Below, piece after piece: positions 24,301 through 37,696 of a DNA stretch of 64,000 nucleotides (positions are counted from its first letter, which is position 1; each line of letters starts with the position of its first letter). The notes beneath the pieces are model-generated. The model was not told where the DNA came from. It did no database searches and saw only the letters and a program-made list of their open reading frames with translations. This DNA is from Tricharina praecox (lineage: Eukaryota), in contig NW_026250436.1 of NCBI RefSeq assembly GCF_024521635.1, positions 186,001 to 250,000 on the forward strand, in the 5' to 3' direction. The translations under genes and the position numbers were made by a program.

Positions 24301-24530
24301 TTAGGGCCTGCAGCGGCAGGCTTCTTGGGGGTGATGGGAGATTTTTTCGGGGGCATTTCGGCGGCGGTGGTGGTGGTGGTGGTGGTGGTGGTGGTGGAGG
24401 AGGAATGGATGAGTCGCTGTGTGGGTGTTGGTGACAGGAACAGGACTGGAAGTCGCGCGGGAAGTCGCGTTGGTCGTCGCAGTGTCCGTTGCAGCAGCAG
24501 CTGCGAGAGGAAAGGAAAGGCGCATCTCAT
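21301..24530 (-). CDS. CDC9: DNA ligase I (ATP-dependent), 4 exons
   Basis: Adenylation motif CEYKYDGER, plus FVLDCEAV, FDLLFLNG, CEGLMVK, WLKLKKDY, DLVVIGAY and SLRFPRF. N-terminal PIP box. Introns near 24188-24285, ~23899-23954 and ~22060-22120. Confidence 0.97.
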
Positions 24531-25232
24531 TTGGGAGGCCTTGTACTATACTCTACATGCGCGTCGGTTACGCGAGCCAGCACCGTGTGGACGTCGAGGG
24601 TTGTGGCTTGGCTGGCTGGCTGTCCCGGCGGTCGTTAGTGGCGTTTGCGAGTGTCCGAGGAACATTAGAATGGAAATCTCGGCGGTGCTGGCTACTCTAC
24701 TGAGGGGTCCGCATTGAAGTTGTACTTCCGGAATCTGGCGGAGACCAGTGGGTCCGTCATGCTGATGATATGGATTTGGGGTCTGGGACGTCGGAGGCCT
24801 TTCTCACTTGGCGACGAGGTCTTGGACAGTGGACAGTGCGCAGTGAGCTCATGATCACGTCTCTCGGGTTTGAACTTTGCATGAGCTACTAGCAGCGGTA
24901 CCGCCCCTCGAATTCCATGCTGAGCAGTCCCTCAATCACCATTTGCAAATATTCCGAATGTGTTCTCCCGTCACATCCGCAAGAACTGTACGCGTACGCG
25001 TCAAGCATCGGCGAGCTATGCCTTGTACCACCCTGCCGCCGTGGCTCATCCTCACCGGCCCACGTTAAATCTCCCGGCTCAAGACCCTGAAGGTAAACAC
25101 CAACCTTAAGCTTAACGTCTATTCTACGAACACCATCGCCTCAGGGTCCTCACCATTCCTTTAAGCTCTCACATGCGATAACCCATTCCAGCAATCCCTT
25201 CCCGCCTCTACCACCGTCTCCACGACACAGCG

Positions 25233-26816
25233 ATGGAATACGAACTACACCCCCGTACACCCCCGTTACCTACCCCTTCGCCCGACGAATTCGCGCTCTC
25301 CGACGACGATGACGACGCCGACGACGACGAGCGAGGCCTCCTCGCCGACACCTCGACACAACCCACAGAGAAGAAGCGAAAGCCCGCCGGGTCATGGTGG
25401 AGACGACTCCAGCGACGCCGGCTAAGGCGCCGACGGTTATTTTGCCAGCTGCTGGCAGTCGTCGGGTGTGCGCTGTTACTGCTGGTCGTGGCCAATGTGG
25501 TATTCTTTCCATCGTACACACGCGCATCATACCCACCGGCCTGGCGGGCTTTGGAGGCGAGCGTGCAGGCGGGCGGAGGCTCAAATCCGGCCGCCTACTG
25601 GACTCAAGGCGGGGAAAAGCGCACCACCGGCGGCCGCGGCAATCCCGGCAACGAGCGCATCTTCATCGCGGCGAATATCGTCGACGCACAGCTGATCCGC
25701 TCGGAGTGGGGAGTGCGCGTGCTGGAGCTGCTTGACCTCCTCGGCGAGGAGAACGTCTTCCTGAGCGTCTTCGAGAACGATAGCGGACCTGAAACTACCG
25801 CCGCCCTCGGGGAGCTCGACGAGATGATCAAACGCCACATGCCCAAAGCAGGCAGGAGTATCGTCTCTACCACGTTGCCGCTCGAGGGCGTGCCGCGGGT
25901 GCGAGTGCCGACCGGTGAGACGTACGTCAAGCGGATACGGTACCTGGCGGAGGTGCGGAACCGTGCTCTCCTCCCGCTTCTTGGCGGCATCCCATCTCTC
26001 TCCCGCTGGAACCAAACCGGGCCTCGCCCGGCCCTGCCGGAGGAATTCAGCGAGTGGGAAGTCCTTTCGCCGATCCCCTCATCCGTGCACCCGCCCGCGC
26101 TGCCCCCATCCTGGGTCCCGCAACCAGAAGGCATCACCAAAATCCTCTTCCTGAACGACATCGTCTTCTCGCCGCTGGAGCTGACACACCTCCTCTTCGG
26201 CACAAACAACGGCGCGTACGCGGCCGCCTGCGCAGTCGACTTCATCAACCCGTTCAAGCTGTACGACACCTTCGCGACGCGCGACGTATTCGGGTACCAG
26301 CTGGGCATTCCGATCTACCCCTTCTTCTCCACGCCCCCGTCCCGTCGCCTCATCCGCCTCTCCTCCCCCGCCATCCCGGTGAAAAGCTGCTGGGGCGGCG
26401 CGATCGCCTTCAACGCGAGCCACTTCACCAGCGGCGGCGCGAACGCAGTCCGTTTCCGTGCGGAGAAGGAGCCGTTCTGGGACGCCTCCGAGTGCTGCCT
26501 CGTTCATGCGGATATCGACCGCCCGCAAGAGACGTTCGTTAACCCGTTTGTCCGTGTCGCGTATGACCGGCAGACGTTCGACTGGCTGCCCGCAGTGAAG
26601 TATGTCGAGCGCTTGTTGACCCCCGTGCAGGCAGTCGTGACGTGGGCGGTGGGAATGCCCTGGGGCGGGGAGAGGCGCATGGAGATGGAGGGGGAGCTGG
26701 TCGAGGGGAGGATAGCCGGGAAGGGCGGGTTTTGTGGTAGTCCCAAGCTACTGGTCATGAATGAACACCCTGAGGAGGGCGGGAAGAGGTGGAGGGGCGT
26801 GCCTGTGCCCGAATGA
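25233..26816 (+). CDS. GT69 (CAP59/CMT1-family) alpha-1,3-mannosyltransferase-like type II membrane protein
   Basis: N-terminal TM helix after an Arg-rich stretch. Motifs IFIAAN, VFLSVFENDS, RIRYLAEVRNRAL, ILFLNDI, AACAVDF, YDTFATRD, PVKSCWGG and ASECCLVHAD. Confidence 0.9.
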   Translation: MEYELHPRTPPLPTPSPDEFALSDDDDDADDDERGLLADTSTQPTEKKRKPAGSWWRRLQRRRLRRRRLFCQLLAVVGCALLLLVVANVVFFPSYTRASYPPAWRALEASVQAGGGSNPAAYWTQGGEKRTTGGRGNPGNERIFIAANIVDAQLIRSEWGVRVLELLDLLGEENVFLSVFENDSGPETTAALGELDEMIKRHMPKAGRSIVSTTLPLEGVPRVRVPTGETYVKRIRYLAEVRNRALLPLLGGIPSLSRWNQTGPRPALPEEFSEWEVLSPIPSSVHPPALPPSWVPQPEGITKILFLNDIVFSPLELTHLLFGTNNGAYAAACAVDFINPFKLYDTFATRDVFGYQLGIPIYPFFSTPPSRRLIRLSSPAIPVKSCWGGAIAFNASHFTSGGANAVRFRAEKEPFWDASECCLVHADIDRPQETFVNPFVRVAYDRQTFDWLPAVKYVERLLTPVQAVVTWAVGMPWGGERRMEMEGELVEGRIAGKGGFCGSPKLLVMNEHPEEGGKRWRGVPVPE

Positions 26817-27277
26817 TACCGTGTGCATGTGGGTTGGAGGAGTATGTACTGGATATAATGATCATGGCTATACGGGAATATAATGGCAGCACAACACACT
26901 ATGGTCATCATTCGTGAAGTCACAGATGTTACATATTGTGGGTTGGATATTTGGTATATTCATCTGTCGCCCATAGATGTTATGCTATGCAGGTGTGACT
27001 TGTACTAGAATAACTAGTACCTACCACCTGTCCACCATTGCCGTACTCCACCTACTCCACCCACCCCACCCACTCCACCTCCTCGGGCCCGGTGATTTAC
27101 CACGGCCCCCAATGCCCATGAATCCAACGCTAAAATCCCACAACAAAACCAGAGAAAGCCAGAACAATCAGAAGGCAGGGAAGGGTATGTATGTATGTAT
27201 GAAGGGTATCAATAGCTCACGACCGCCAGAACAGCACAGCACAGCGTACAAAAAAAAAGAATAAACAAACCCAGCGC

Positions 27278-27980
27278 CTAATAAATCTCCAGACCCTCAA
27301 ACTCGACCACCAGCTCCTCCAGCGGGCGTCCGCTCATAAAGTTCGCTGGTCTGCTGGCATAGACGCCGATGCGCACATTCTTCTCGTCGACGCCGTAGAA
27401 GAACCACGTGACCTCGCGGAGCTTCTTCCACTCCGACCCATCATCAAAGTAGACCCAGAGCGCGTTGTCCACACGCTCGAACCGCACCTTGAGCTCCGTG
27501 ATCCCCACCGGCAGCTCTATCAGACTCCAGTCCGCGCCGTCGGAGGAGGCGGATACGGACGAGGCGGTCGTCCGGTTGTCGTAGTACTCGATTCCGGCCT
27601 TGACCCATTTTCCGGCTGGCGGCTGGTCGTATGCGGGTAGGCCTGTGGCCGATGTCGTGACTGGGGGCGGGCCGGCGAAGATCACAAGGCCGCCTTGGTC
27701 CCATTCAAAGGCGTTGGTGAGCCGGATATGCACCGACACCTCGGCGCGGAAGAAGGATATCGGAGATGAGGTGTAGAGGACCGGCGCGGTAAAGGTGTCG
27801 CGAGCTGGTTTCCGCCAGAGGTCGGTTCCGGAGCTATACCCCAGTCAGTAACGACCACAGCACACGATGAGGGCGGATGGGCACATACCGCGCCTTGAGG
27901 ACAAAGTTGCCCAGCCACGGAGGTACGGGAGTGTTTGCCGGTGTGTTAAAGTAACGGAAGTTTGCGCTATCCGGAGGCAT
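27278..27980 (-). CDS. DUF1349 / Ree1-like concanavalin-fold protein, 2 exons
   Basis: ATG at 27980 (MPPDSANFRYFN...), intron 27834-27888. Motifs TDLWRKP, WDQGGL, KWVKAGIEY, ADWSL, KLREVTW and GVYASRP. Confidence 0.82.
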
Positions 27981-30900
27981 TTTGGCGGCGACGAGAAGGG
28001 AGAGATAGAGAGGAGAATAAGGAGAAGGGATTCAACTTTGAATGGCTCGTATCGAATGCGGTGGTGTCAGCTGTGGCCAGTGACGTTCCGAGCGATTGCC
28101 GTCTAGTCTCAATTGAGGAGGCTGGATGCTTGCTGTCTCGGCTGCAACAACTGTACAAGTGATGAAATCTGCGATGTGTTGGGTTGATTATCTCGTCCGA
28201 AGTTTTTTTTTTTTTGCGTGTGTCCGAGTTCGGGGAAGGGGCGAGTGAAAGGGCCTATCCAGCAAGACGGCGGAGATTTGGAAAATGAGAGTAAATGGGA
28301 GGTTTTGGACGGCGTGATCGACAAGATCTGCTCATAATCCGGCCCGCGGTGGAGGGGGTACGAACGTGCTGTGGAAACGACAGAATGGCTGCTTTTGCTC
28401 GTGTGCGGGCGGTGGCGTTGTTGCCTCTCTCCGAAGCAGGAAGTAGGAGGTTGGGAGATGCAGAGGTGGGTGTTGCTCGGAGCTCGGAAGTCGCAATGCA
28501 GCAGCAACCTATATCAGTTCTATAGAAGAGGGAAATCCGTCAGCTAAAGTAACAAGCAGAGAGAAGCAGAGCAGCAGTTATTTTGAAGAAGCAAAAGCTG
28601 AAAGCGGGTATTCCGGTCCACAAGCTCTTCTCCGCGGCTCGCTGCTTTGCTGGCAGGCGTCAGGCAGTATCGGAATTCGATCGGGCTCTCTGGGCTTCTC
28701 GGTCTAGGGACACACATATGTAGGAAGAGTATTTTCCTCCGCATCCGCGTTAAGACATCCGTCTGACATGACAGTACAGGACTGGTATGTGGATTTGTTC
28801 GAGGCGACGGGTTGCCCGATCCCGAGGAGCTTTGGCTATCGATCAGCCGGACGAGGACGAGGTGGAGGCGCACTATAGGAGCCAGTTATAGCTGCGCGCG
28901 CGCAGAAGGCGGACGGTCGCCAGCCAAGAAACAGCGCCATGCCTCCCATCCATCCACCCATCCATCCATCCATCCATCCAGCAATCTGGATGGCACGACA
29001 TGGCATTGCAGGACTGACTAGGGGAATATCGAAAAAGCGCTGCGTATGACGGAAACGCATGCAGGTGGAGTAGAGGAGAAATGCACAAACCTAGACAGGG
29101 TGCACGGTGCGGTTGCAGACCGTATCGTTTTTTTTCTTCTCCCTCTCGATCTCTGTCCGCCAACTGAAAGGCCGGCCTTTTCTTTTGCCTTCGATCTCTC
29201 TCTTCCCCCCCGCAGCACCCGAGCTGTTCCTAGCGCGCGTGCGATGTGTCCGTCCGTCCGTCCAGCTACTGTTACCGCGCGTTGCGGACGAGACGAGACG
29301 ACTTGTTGAACCGGCCCAGGCAGAGCAAGAACGTGGATGGCCCGGCCGAGTCGGGAGAGCTAGTTGCAGATGGCTGGAGGGGGAGGATAGGTATCTAAGG
29401 CGAGTGGTGAGTAAGTAAGTTTGAACTGCAACTCGACGTGGCACTATCCGGAAGCAGTGCTGTGAGAAGGGGTCTTTTGTGGTGGACTTACTGGTTAGCT
29501 GGGTGATCCGGAGTGGAAGATGAGGATGGTTCGCAAGGGAGAAATGCAAGGCGGAGGACGGGATATGTGGAGGGTTAAATCCAAGTCTGTGGGGGAGGGA
29601 GGAGGGATATGGACTTGTGGGGGGGTGGGAGGTGGACCCGAGAGCATGTGGAAGAGCTCCACTGGGGGGGGGAGCACGAGTTTCATATGGAGTGACTAAG
29701 CGCGAGTGAGTGGGCGTGTTTGGGCTTGTGCCAGAAGGCGTCGCCCCGTATCCAACTGCCGGGGTCTGCCTTATGTTTCGAGCTCTGGATATGGCGATAA
29801 ACAACCAACCGCCCAGTCTATATCGGTGATCTTCTCCTGAAGCCACCGCCGACAATCTCTGGTCGGTTTGGCCATCGTCTCAAATATTCTCGAGACACTA
29901 CCGACTACCGGTACATAGTACTCTCGGGTATCCTCGAAATGTTATCCCAAGCAGAAAACACTCCTAAGCCAATCTACCTGCGCACACTCTAGAGTCGAGT
30001 ATCTACTACTCTACATAGTACTATTAATACCCCTACTACCTCCTCCTGAGTCCTGAGTCCTGAGTCCTCCCTCCTCTCCACCAGCACCCTCTCGCCATCT
30101 CCGGCCTGTGTAAGGCATCACAAGGCTTCCCCCCCTCCCATCCTCCGCCGTTTTCGCCTCCCTCTGCCGTTCTCCTCAACGGCAATCTCCACCACCATCC
30201 ATCCATCCACCACCACCATCCACAATCCATCCACCACACCCACCCCATCCAAGACCTTGAAGCCCTCGTGGTTTCTTGCGTGAACTGACTGTGCTTTTGT
30301 GGGTGGGTGGGTGGGTAAGTGGGTGGATGGACTTTCCCGGCAGGGATAGTGGGGAAGGGAAGGGAAGGGGAGGGGAGGCTTGGGGCCCGCGGGCTCGCCT
30401 ATCGATACGGGTGGGATAAGCGCATCGCGAACATCAACAGCCGTACCTAAATACATAAAGTGAGTTTTTGCAGGGGTTTCTCGCGCCGTGGACTCCCAAC
30501 CTCCGTTCCCGCCCCCGTTCCCGCGATCTGCCCAGCTCGAGTACATCCACCATTCCGCACGAGTGAACCCGTAAAATCCGCAGGCAAAACATCACTGTGT
30601 GCATCCAGCGGCGGGGTGTTGTGTTGATCCATGGGGCATTGTTCCGAGTCGCTCCCGTTCCGGCCTTCCATCTACCAAAAAACAATTGCAATGCCCAGCG
30701 CTGCACTGTAAACCTATATAGCTCATCACCCTCCCTCCTCACCCACCTGTAGACCGACATCTCATGCTCAATGCCAGTGCATCGATGGATGGATGGCACA
30801 TGCTGGCTGGCGCCGTGCGACGACCACAACCAGCTGAAACCTCCTTCCCTCCCCCCACTCCGTAGTGTCTATAGAGTAGATTGTAGGTAGGTAGTCGGCA

Positions 30901-31309
30901 CATCCACCCGCAGGTGTCAAACATCTCGGCACGGCGATCGAGTGGAAAGTGGTGAATGGTGAGAGAGAGAGCAGAATGTCTCTCTCTCTCGATCCTTTGC
31001 CCTGCCCGTGAAGACGGTGCTATGCTAGTTACTAGTATGTACATACAAAACGCTCAAGCTTTGATATATTTACAACGAATGGCCCCAGACTCCTCCCAAG
31101 TACACTCCAACCAACATTCTATCCCCTCGCTAAATGACAATATGCCCCCTCCCCAACTCCCCCCGATCCCGCAGAAGAAGCTTGAAGCGCCCGCCCAAAC
31201 CCAGACCAGACCAACAAAAAAAAGAAAAGTAAAGAGAAAGAAGAAAAAATACAAATCCAAACACCGGGTGACATCTCGTGAATCCGCATCCTCCGCATCG
31301 TGTCGTTCG

Positions 31310-32545
31310 TTAACCATACCGCCCCTCCACGAGCCCCTCCGCCACATCCTCACCAAACACCTCCGCAACAGCTCTGAGGAACCCCTCATCGAGCCCGCGA
31401 TTCCTCTTCTGCTTAACAAACCCCCAGACCGCGACGAGGTCCCACCCCTCGAGCCCCCACCGTGCCATCGCCTCCACGCCCGCGCCCCACCCCCTCCTCA
31501 CCGCCGCCTCAAACGGGCTTCCAAGCGCACACGCCTTATCGACATCGGCGCCGCCCTCGAGGAGACACTCGACAACGCCGACCGTATTCCCCTTGACCGC
31601 GTAATGCAGCGGCGTCAGCCCCACGCCGTCCACCGCATTGACATCCGCGCCGTACTCCAACAACACGCCGACCATATGTTCCCTCCCCCTTTCCGCCGCC
31701 CTCTGCAGCGGCGTGACCCCGCCCGCCCTCCCATCCACCTCCGCCCCCCCGCCCACCAACAGCGCCATAACCCCGACCGCATTAATCGCCACAGCTTTAT
31801 GCAGCGCCTCGCCCAATCGCTCCTTCCCCACCCTCCCCCCCCACCTAAGCACCCACTCCACCGCCGCTTCCCTCCTCTCACTCACCGCCAGGACCAGCGC
31901 CCTCCCTATCGCCTCCTCAACCTCATTCTTATCATACCGCCGCGCGAGCTCCTGCGCGAGCACACCCATGACCTCGGTGTGCCCGCCCTTCGCGGCTAGA
32001 TCCAGCGGCGAGAATAGCGGGAACTGCCGGCCGCCCTTCCGTGCGGCCACCGTGGCGCCCGCGGAGATCAGCGCCACTACTAGCGCCACGCTGCCGGCGC
32101 GCGCGGCGTGCTCCAAGCATGAGATCCCGTGCGCATCGGCGGTGTCTGGCGGGGCGCCGGCAGTGAGGAGGGAGGTCGTAAGCGGCACGTTGAGGCGGAG
32201 AGTCGCGGAGAGGAGCGCGGCGGGGTGAGAGGCCGAGAGCGTGTGGTACGTGGGTCGTAAAAGGCGGTGTAGCCGCCGGCACGTCAGGAGGAAAGCGAGG
32301 AGGTGCGGGGGCCGCAGGGAGTGCGCGATCGCTGTGAGGAGGTCGGGGGGGAGGCGAAGGAGTGATGGTGTTAGTGGTGGTGGTTGTGGTGGTTGTTGTG
32401 CTGGTGGTGGTGGTGGTGGTTGTGGTGGTTGTTGTGCTGGTGGTGGTGGTGGTGGTGGTGGTGGTGGCGGGGGACGGATCCCGTGCGGATGCGGGTGCGG
32501 GGGATCGGGCGAGCGAGGTGGAGGAGGCGACATTGTGGTGTGCAC
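31310..32545 (-). CDS. F-box-like plus ankyrin-repeat protein with a Pro/Gln-rich N-terminus
   Basis: LLRLPPDLLTAIAHSL...LLTCRRLHRLL (F-box-like), followed by ankyrin repeats (TPLQRAA...LLEYGADVNAVD, GLTPLHYAV...LLEGGADVD). Start may be at 32533. Confidence 0.85.
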   Translation of the reverse strand: MHTTMSPPPPRSPDPPHPHPHGIRPPPPPPPPPPPPAQQPPQPPPPPPAQQPPQPPPLTPSLLRLPPDLLTAIAHSLRPPHLLAFLLTCRRLHRLLRPTYHTLSASHPAALLSATLRLNVPLTTSLLTAGAPPDTADAHGISCLEHAARAGSVALVVALISAGATVAARKGGRQFPLFSPLDLAAKGGHTEVMGVLAQELARRYDKNEVEEAIGRALVLAVSERREAAVEWVLRWGGRVGKERLGEALHKAVAINAVGVMALLVGGGAEVDGRAGGVTPLQRAAERGREHMVGVLLEYGADVNAVDGVGLTPLHYAVKGNTVGVVECLLEGGADVDKACALGSPFEAAVRRGWGAGVEAMARWGLEGWDLVAVWGFVKQKRNRGLDEGFLRAVAEVFGEDVAEGLVEGRYG

Positions 32546-33533
32546 TGTGCTGCTGTTTGCGAGCGTGGATTGATGTGTTGGGCCAAATATCGATAGAGTA
32601 TCGCGACAGCTCTTTCTTAACGGCGACGAACGACGATATGCGGACTCAGGTCTCAGGTCTCCCTTCCTTCCTTCCTCCTCCTACTTGCTTGTCCCCCTCC
32701 CCCCCTCCGCGCGCCCCTCCCTTCCTCCTCTTCACAACTGCAAGCAAGCGCTGGATCTAAGAATAGAAACCCGCGCTGCTAGAGTTCCGTACTACCCCAC
32801 ATCCTAATATCCTATCGTTCCCTTTTTTTACTTTTCCAAGTCGCAGAACGACAATCTACGTGCTTACGTACCTCCTACCCCGCCGCAAATAGCAAGAACC
32901 CTCAAATCAAACTCAGATATCGAAACATCCATCCCGCGCCCCTTCTGCGCTTCTTCACGTATCACGGTTCACGAAGCATCACTCACCAGCGGTAGCAGTC
33001 GTAGATCACATCATTCCTCACATTCCACACTACTCGCCTGGCAACTCAAATCGCTCCAATCTCCAGAGCATCATCCAAAGAAAACGAAAGAAAAAAAAGA
33101 GAACAAACATCCAAGAAAGAACAGGAAAAGGGAAAGAAGAAAAAATACATCACACATCCCATCCCTCAAAGAAAAAAATAATAACCAAAGACGGGAAATC
33201 TTCAACAGTACGGGAAGGGAGAAGAAGAAAACTTGAAGAGCACAAGAACGGAAACAAATGCTACACAAGAATTGAAGCGAAGCGAGCCCCCATTACAAGA
33301 CGAAAAGACGAGTACAGAAAAGCAACCCCCTAGCCTGTAGCGAAACAACGATGAAGTAGAAAGGAGAATGGACCGAACGACACCGACGAGCAAACCGTAG
33401 CCATGCATACCGAGGTGTCATTCCTTCAATGATCGTCTCGATCCCGGAGTATAGGAGGACATCTCAAGTCGTGATTGCTACAGACTCGTCAACACACGCT
33501 TGGAAGCCTGCCATCGTTGTAAAGATACCCACC

Positions 33534-34581
<1,048 letters not shown>

Positions 34582-35104
34582 TTATGGACGATTGCACAGT
34601 CGCGGACCGGTGGGAGCAGCGGATCTCTGCGGTGGCGGGGGTACCTCGTATGGAGAGGACGAGTGGCGAGTCTATCGATGCCGCAAGCACCCATGTCAGC
34701 TTCTGTGCAGCAGAGAATGCTCCGAGCATACTCAAACGCACGGTAGAGGCATACTCCTTGAGCTTCATGATGAATAGAGTAGATGGGGATTGGGATTGGG
34801 GAAAATGTGAGTCGGGTGTGATAGTGTAGGTGTATTGAGACAATGGATGATTGAAGGGTGTGGTAGTATAGATAGAGGCGTATTGAAACAATGGAAGGTT
34901 GAAGGTGGAGGGGAAGAAGGGGATGAGGAGGAGAGATGAAGTGGGAAAGGTAGTACAGAGCAAGTCGTGGGGAGGGCAAGGCGGGGAGGACGCGACGAGT
35001 CTTGCTGTCGCCCGCTACTCCTCGACGCGTAGCCATGAAATGCCATCGCGACCCGTGACAAAACGCGAGGTGGTAGCGTGCAAGGAAATGTGTGCATAGG
35101 AGTG

Positions 35105-35283
35105 GAGTGACAGAGTGACAGAGTGACAGAGTGACAGAGTGACAGAGTGACAGAGTGACAGAGTGACAGAGTGACAGAGTGACAGAGTGACAGAGTGACA
35201 GAGTGACAGAGTGACAGAGTGACAGAGTGACAGAGTGACAGAGTGACAGAGTGACAGAGTGACAGAGTGACAGAGTGACAGAG
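35105..35283. repeat. Perfect 8-bp minisatellite (AGAGTGAC)n, ~22 copies
   Basis: Seen directly, upstream of the CDC42 coding region. Confidence 0.97.
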
Positions 35284-37696
35284 CGATAGAACGATAGAAC
35301 GACAGAGTGCGAAGGTTAATCTGCAAAGACAAGCGGGACTGCAGTGCAGCACAAAAGAGAGCTCTCTCACCTTTATGGAAGAACACTTATGATCGCCGGG
35401 TGGATGGGTTAAAAAGAGCCGCAATATGTAGTATCTCTCGATAAAAAGTAAATAAAAGGCTAAAAAAAAAGAAACCAATATTGGTTAAGCTATCTAAAGT
35501 TGCTGTAGAGAAGAGAAGAAGCGGTTCGATCGGGTGCGTGAGCGCACGGAGATGGATGGGCGGAGATCCGTACGGTTCCCTATGCTATGCTGTCGTCGTA
35601 TACTTGTGGTTTCTATGGGAGAGAGATAGTCCGGAGTTGCGAAGTAGGTTTCGGAGAAGAGCAGGTGACGGATACGTAGGCTGGTCTTTCCGAGGAACCG
35701 TCCGAATGCTGACGTGCTGCGGTTATCGTGTGAGGAGGGGAACGTGGGAGGGATGGGCCGATCGAGGTGGGCGGGCGGGGTGAAGATGACGACGGCGATG
35801 GGGTGCTATAGTCGGTACTCGTCGCGGTATCGTCGTGCTGACGGCGATATATATGGTGGGAGAAATGGCAGGCGAAGCGTGGACGCCGGAAGTGGTGGTG
35901 GGTGGTGGGTGGTGGTGGGAGGGAGTAGTGGCGGGTGCGATGGATGATGGACGGCGGATGGTAGTGTGGTGGTGGTGGTGGTGGACAGGGTATGGGCGTG
36001 CGAAGGAGAGTGAATGAAAGCTGCTGGCTGCTGTGGCTCCGAGGCAGGACGGGTGAGAGATCGAAGGGAAGGGAGTGAGGAGGGATGGAGAAAGGGACAA
36101 GGACGGCGACGACGGACAAGACAGGACAGGACTGAGAAAGAGAGTGGGCCGTGAAGGAAGGAGGTAATTGATTGATTATTGCTTGGGAGGGGGACTGTGC
36201 TGTGCTTTACTCTACTCTGCTGTAGAGTAGCGAAACCGTTAAGGGGCTGGCTGGCTGGCTGAACCACCACCTTCTTCTAGGATAGCTTCCACTCGACTAC
36301 GCTGCTGGGGTGTGGTGAAGCTGAAGACGAAGGCGATTGTCGCGGTGCAGACAGCAATGGGGAGACGAGAGTCGGGGAAGAAGAGGAGTAGGAAAATGAA
36401 GCGGAATAGAAACAGGCAGAGAAACCTGAAGAATCCAGCCGATCCTCCATCTTCGCGACAACCTCCACCACCACCTCCATCCCCATTCACTTCGCTTCCC
36501 AAACGCAATCGCCTATGCTATGCCTACTATACAACCATACAACCAGCCAGCCGTTAATCGACGTCCCCCCAAGGTTTACCGACGCAATAGGGCTGTCGAA
36601 ATCACCTCTCGATCCCGTCAGGATCCCGTCCATCCATTCAGCAGCCAGGATTGGAACCGGTGAACACTCTACTCATACATACTCTGCGATAGCAGCAGCA
36701 GCAGCAACCGTCAGACGCCAATGTACTCTACTCTACCTACTGTTCGACACGTTTCCCGGCAGTTGCCCTCAGGGCCTCCCCCCTCCCCACCCGTCAACTC
36801 CTTCTCGAAGCCTGCAGTCCTGCATATCATACGTAGCATATCATACCTATCCTACATACATATCATACTCGACACCCGTTGACCACTTGAAACCGGATCC
36901 CGCACCACAGGTAGAGTAGGTAGAGTATGCGATTCTGGAGTAGAGTGCTCGTGGTATCTATTAGACTCCTTGACACGTCCTCATTTCACCTAGTCACGTG
37001 ACCAGGGACGGGCTTGATTCGCGGCGCCACGTACTGACACTCTGTCTGCGTGCTTGGACTATGGGCTATGGAAGTAGTAGATAACAGGTGGCTGTCCACA
37101 CTTTTTATTGCTGAAAGGGTGCATAGACTCTCCTGAAGGGTTAAGGAGGGCTCGAGTTTGAAGAAGTATCGCGGGTGGGAAGTGGAGGATAGCATTCGTG
37201 GAGACGGAGACGGAGGCAGGAATTTGGGGAAGAGAAGGGATCGGAGAATAGACTGGAGATGTTGCTTTCCCATCCTTCCATCCTTCCATCCTTCCATCTA
37301 GATACTCACCCACCAACCTACTCTACCAGCCGTCTGGTAGGCCTGGTAGCGTATGTCGATCGTGATTGACGAGATCCCGCAACCATAGTACAATGTCCAT
37401 TCATCCCATCACCGTAGCAAGACTCTGATAGACAACTCATAGCTTGATTGATACTCCACCACCAGGTACATTAGGTACCCAGGCAATCGCCGAGTGACCA
37501 CCATGCAACAAAACAGAATTCTATCCCAAACTCGCCACAAAAGTATACCCAAACGCCACCCCAAAATGCTCAAAAGACGATATGCACACCTCCCCTCCTC
37601 CTTCCCTCCCTTCTCTTTCCCCATCCTCATCCCCATCCTAGCTACCTGGGTCCCCCATTACCTCCCCTCCTATCCTTGGAGTACTGACCCACCCAG

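Noticed and set aside
28100..31050. Scattered 60-250-aa ORFs
   Set aside because: No domains and microsatellite-rich; probably the long 5' region of the DUF1349 gene plus intergenic DNA.
34765..35478. ORFs with repeated LSLCHSVT
   Set aside because: Translation artefact of the 8-bp minisatellite.
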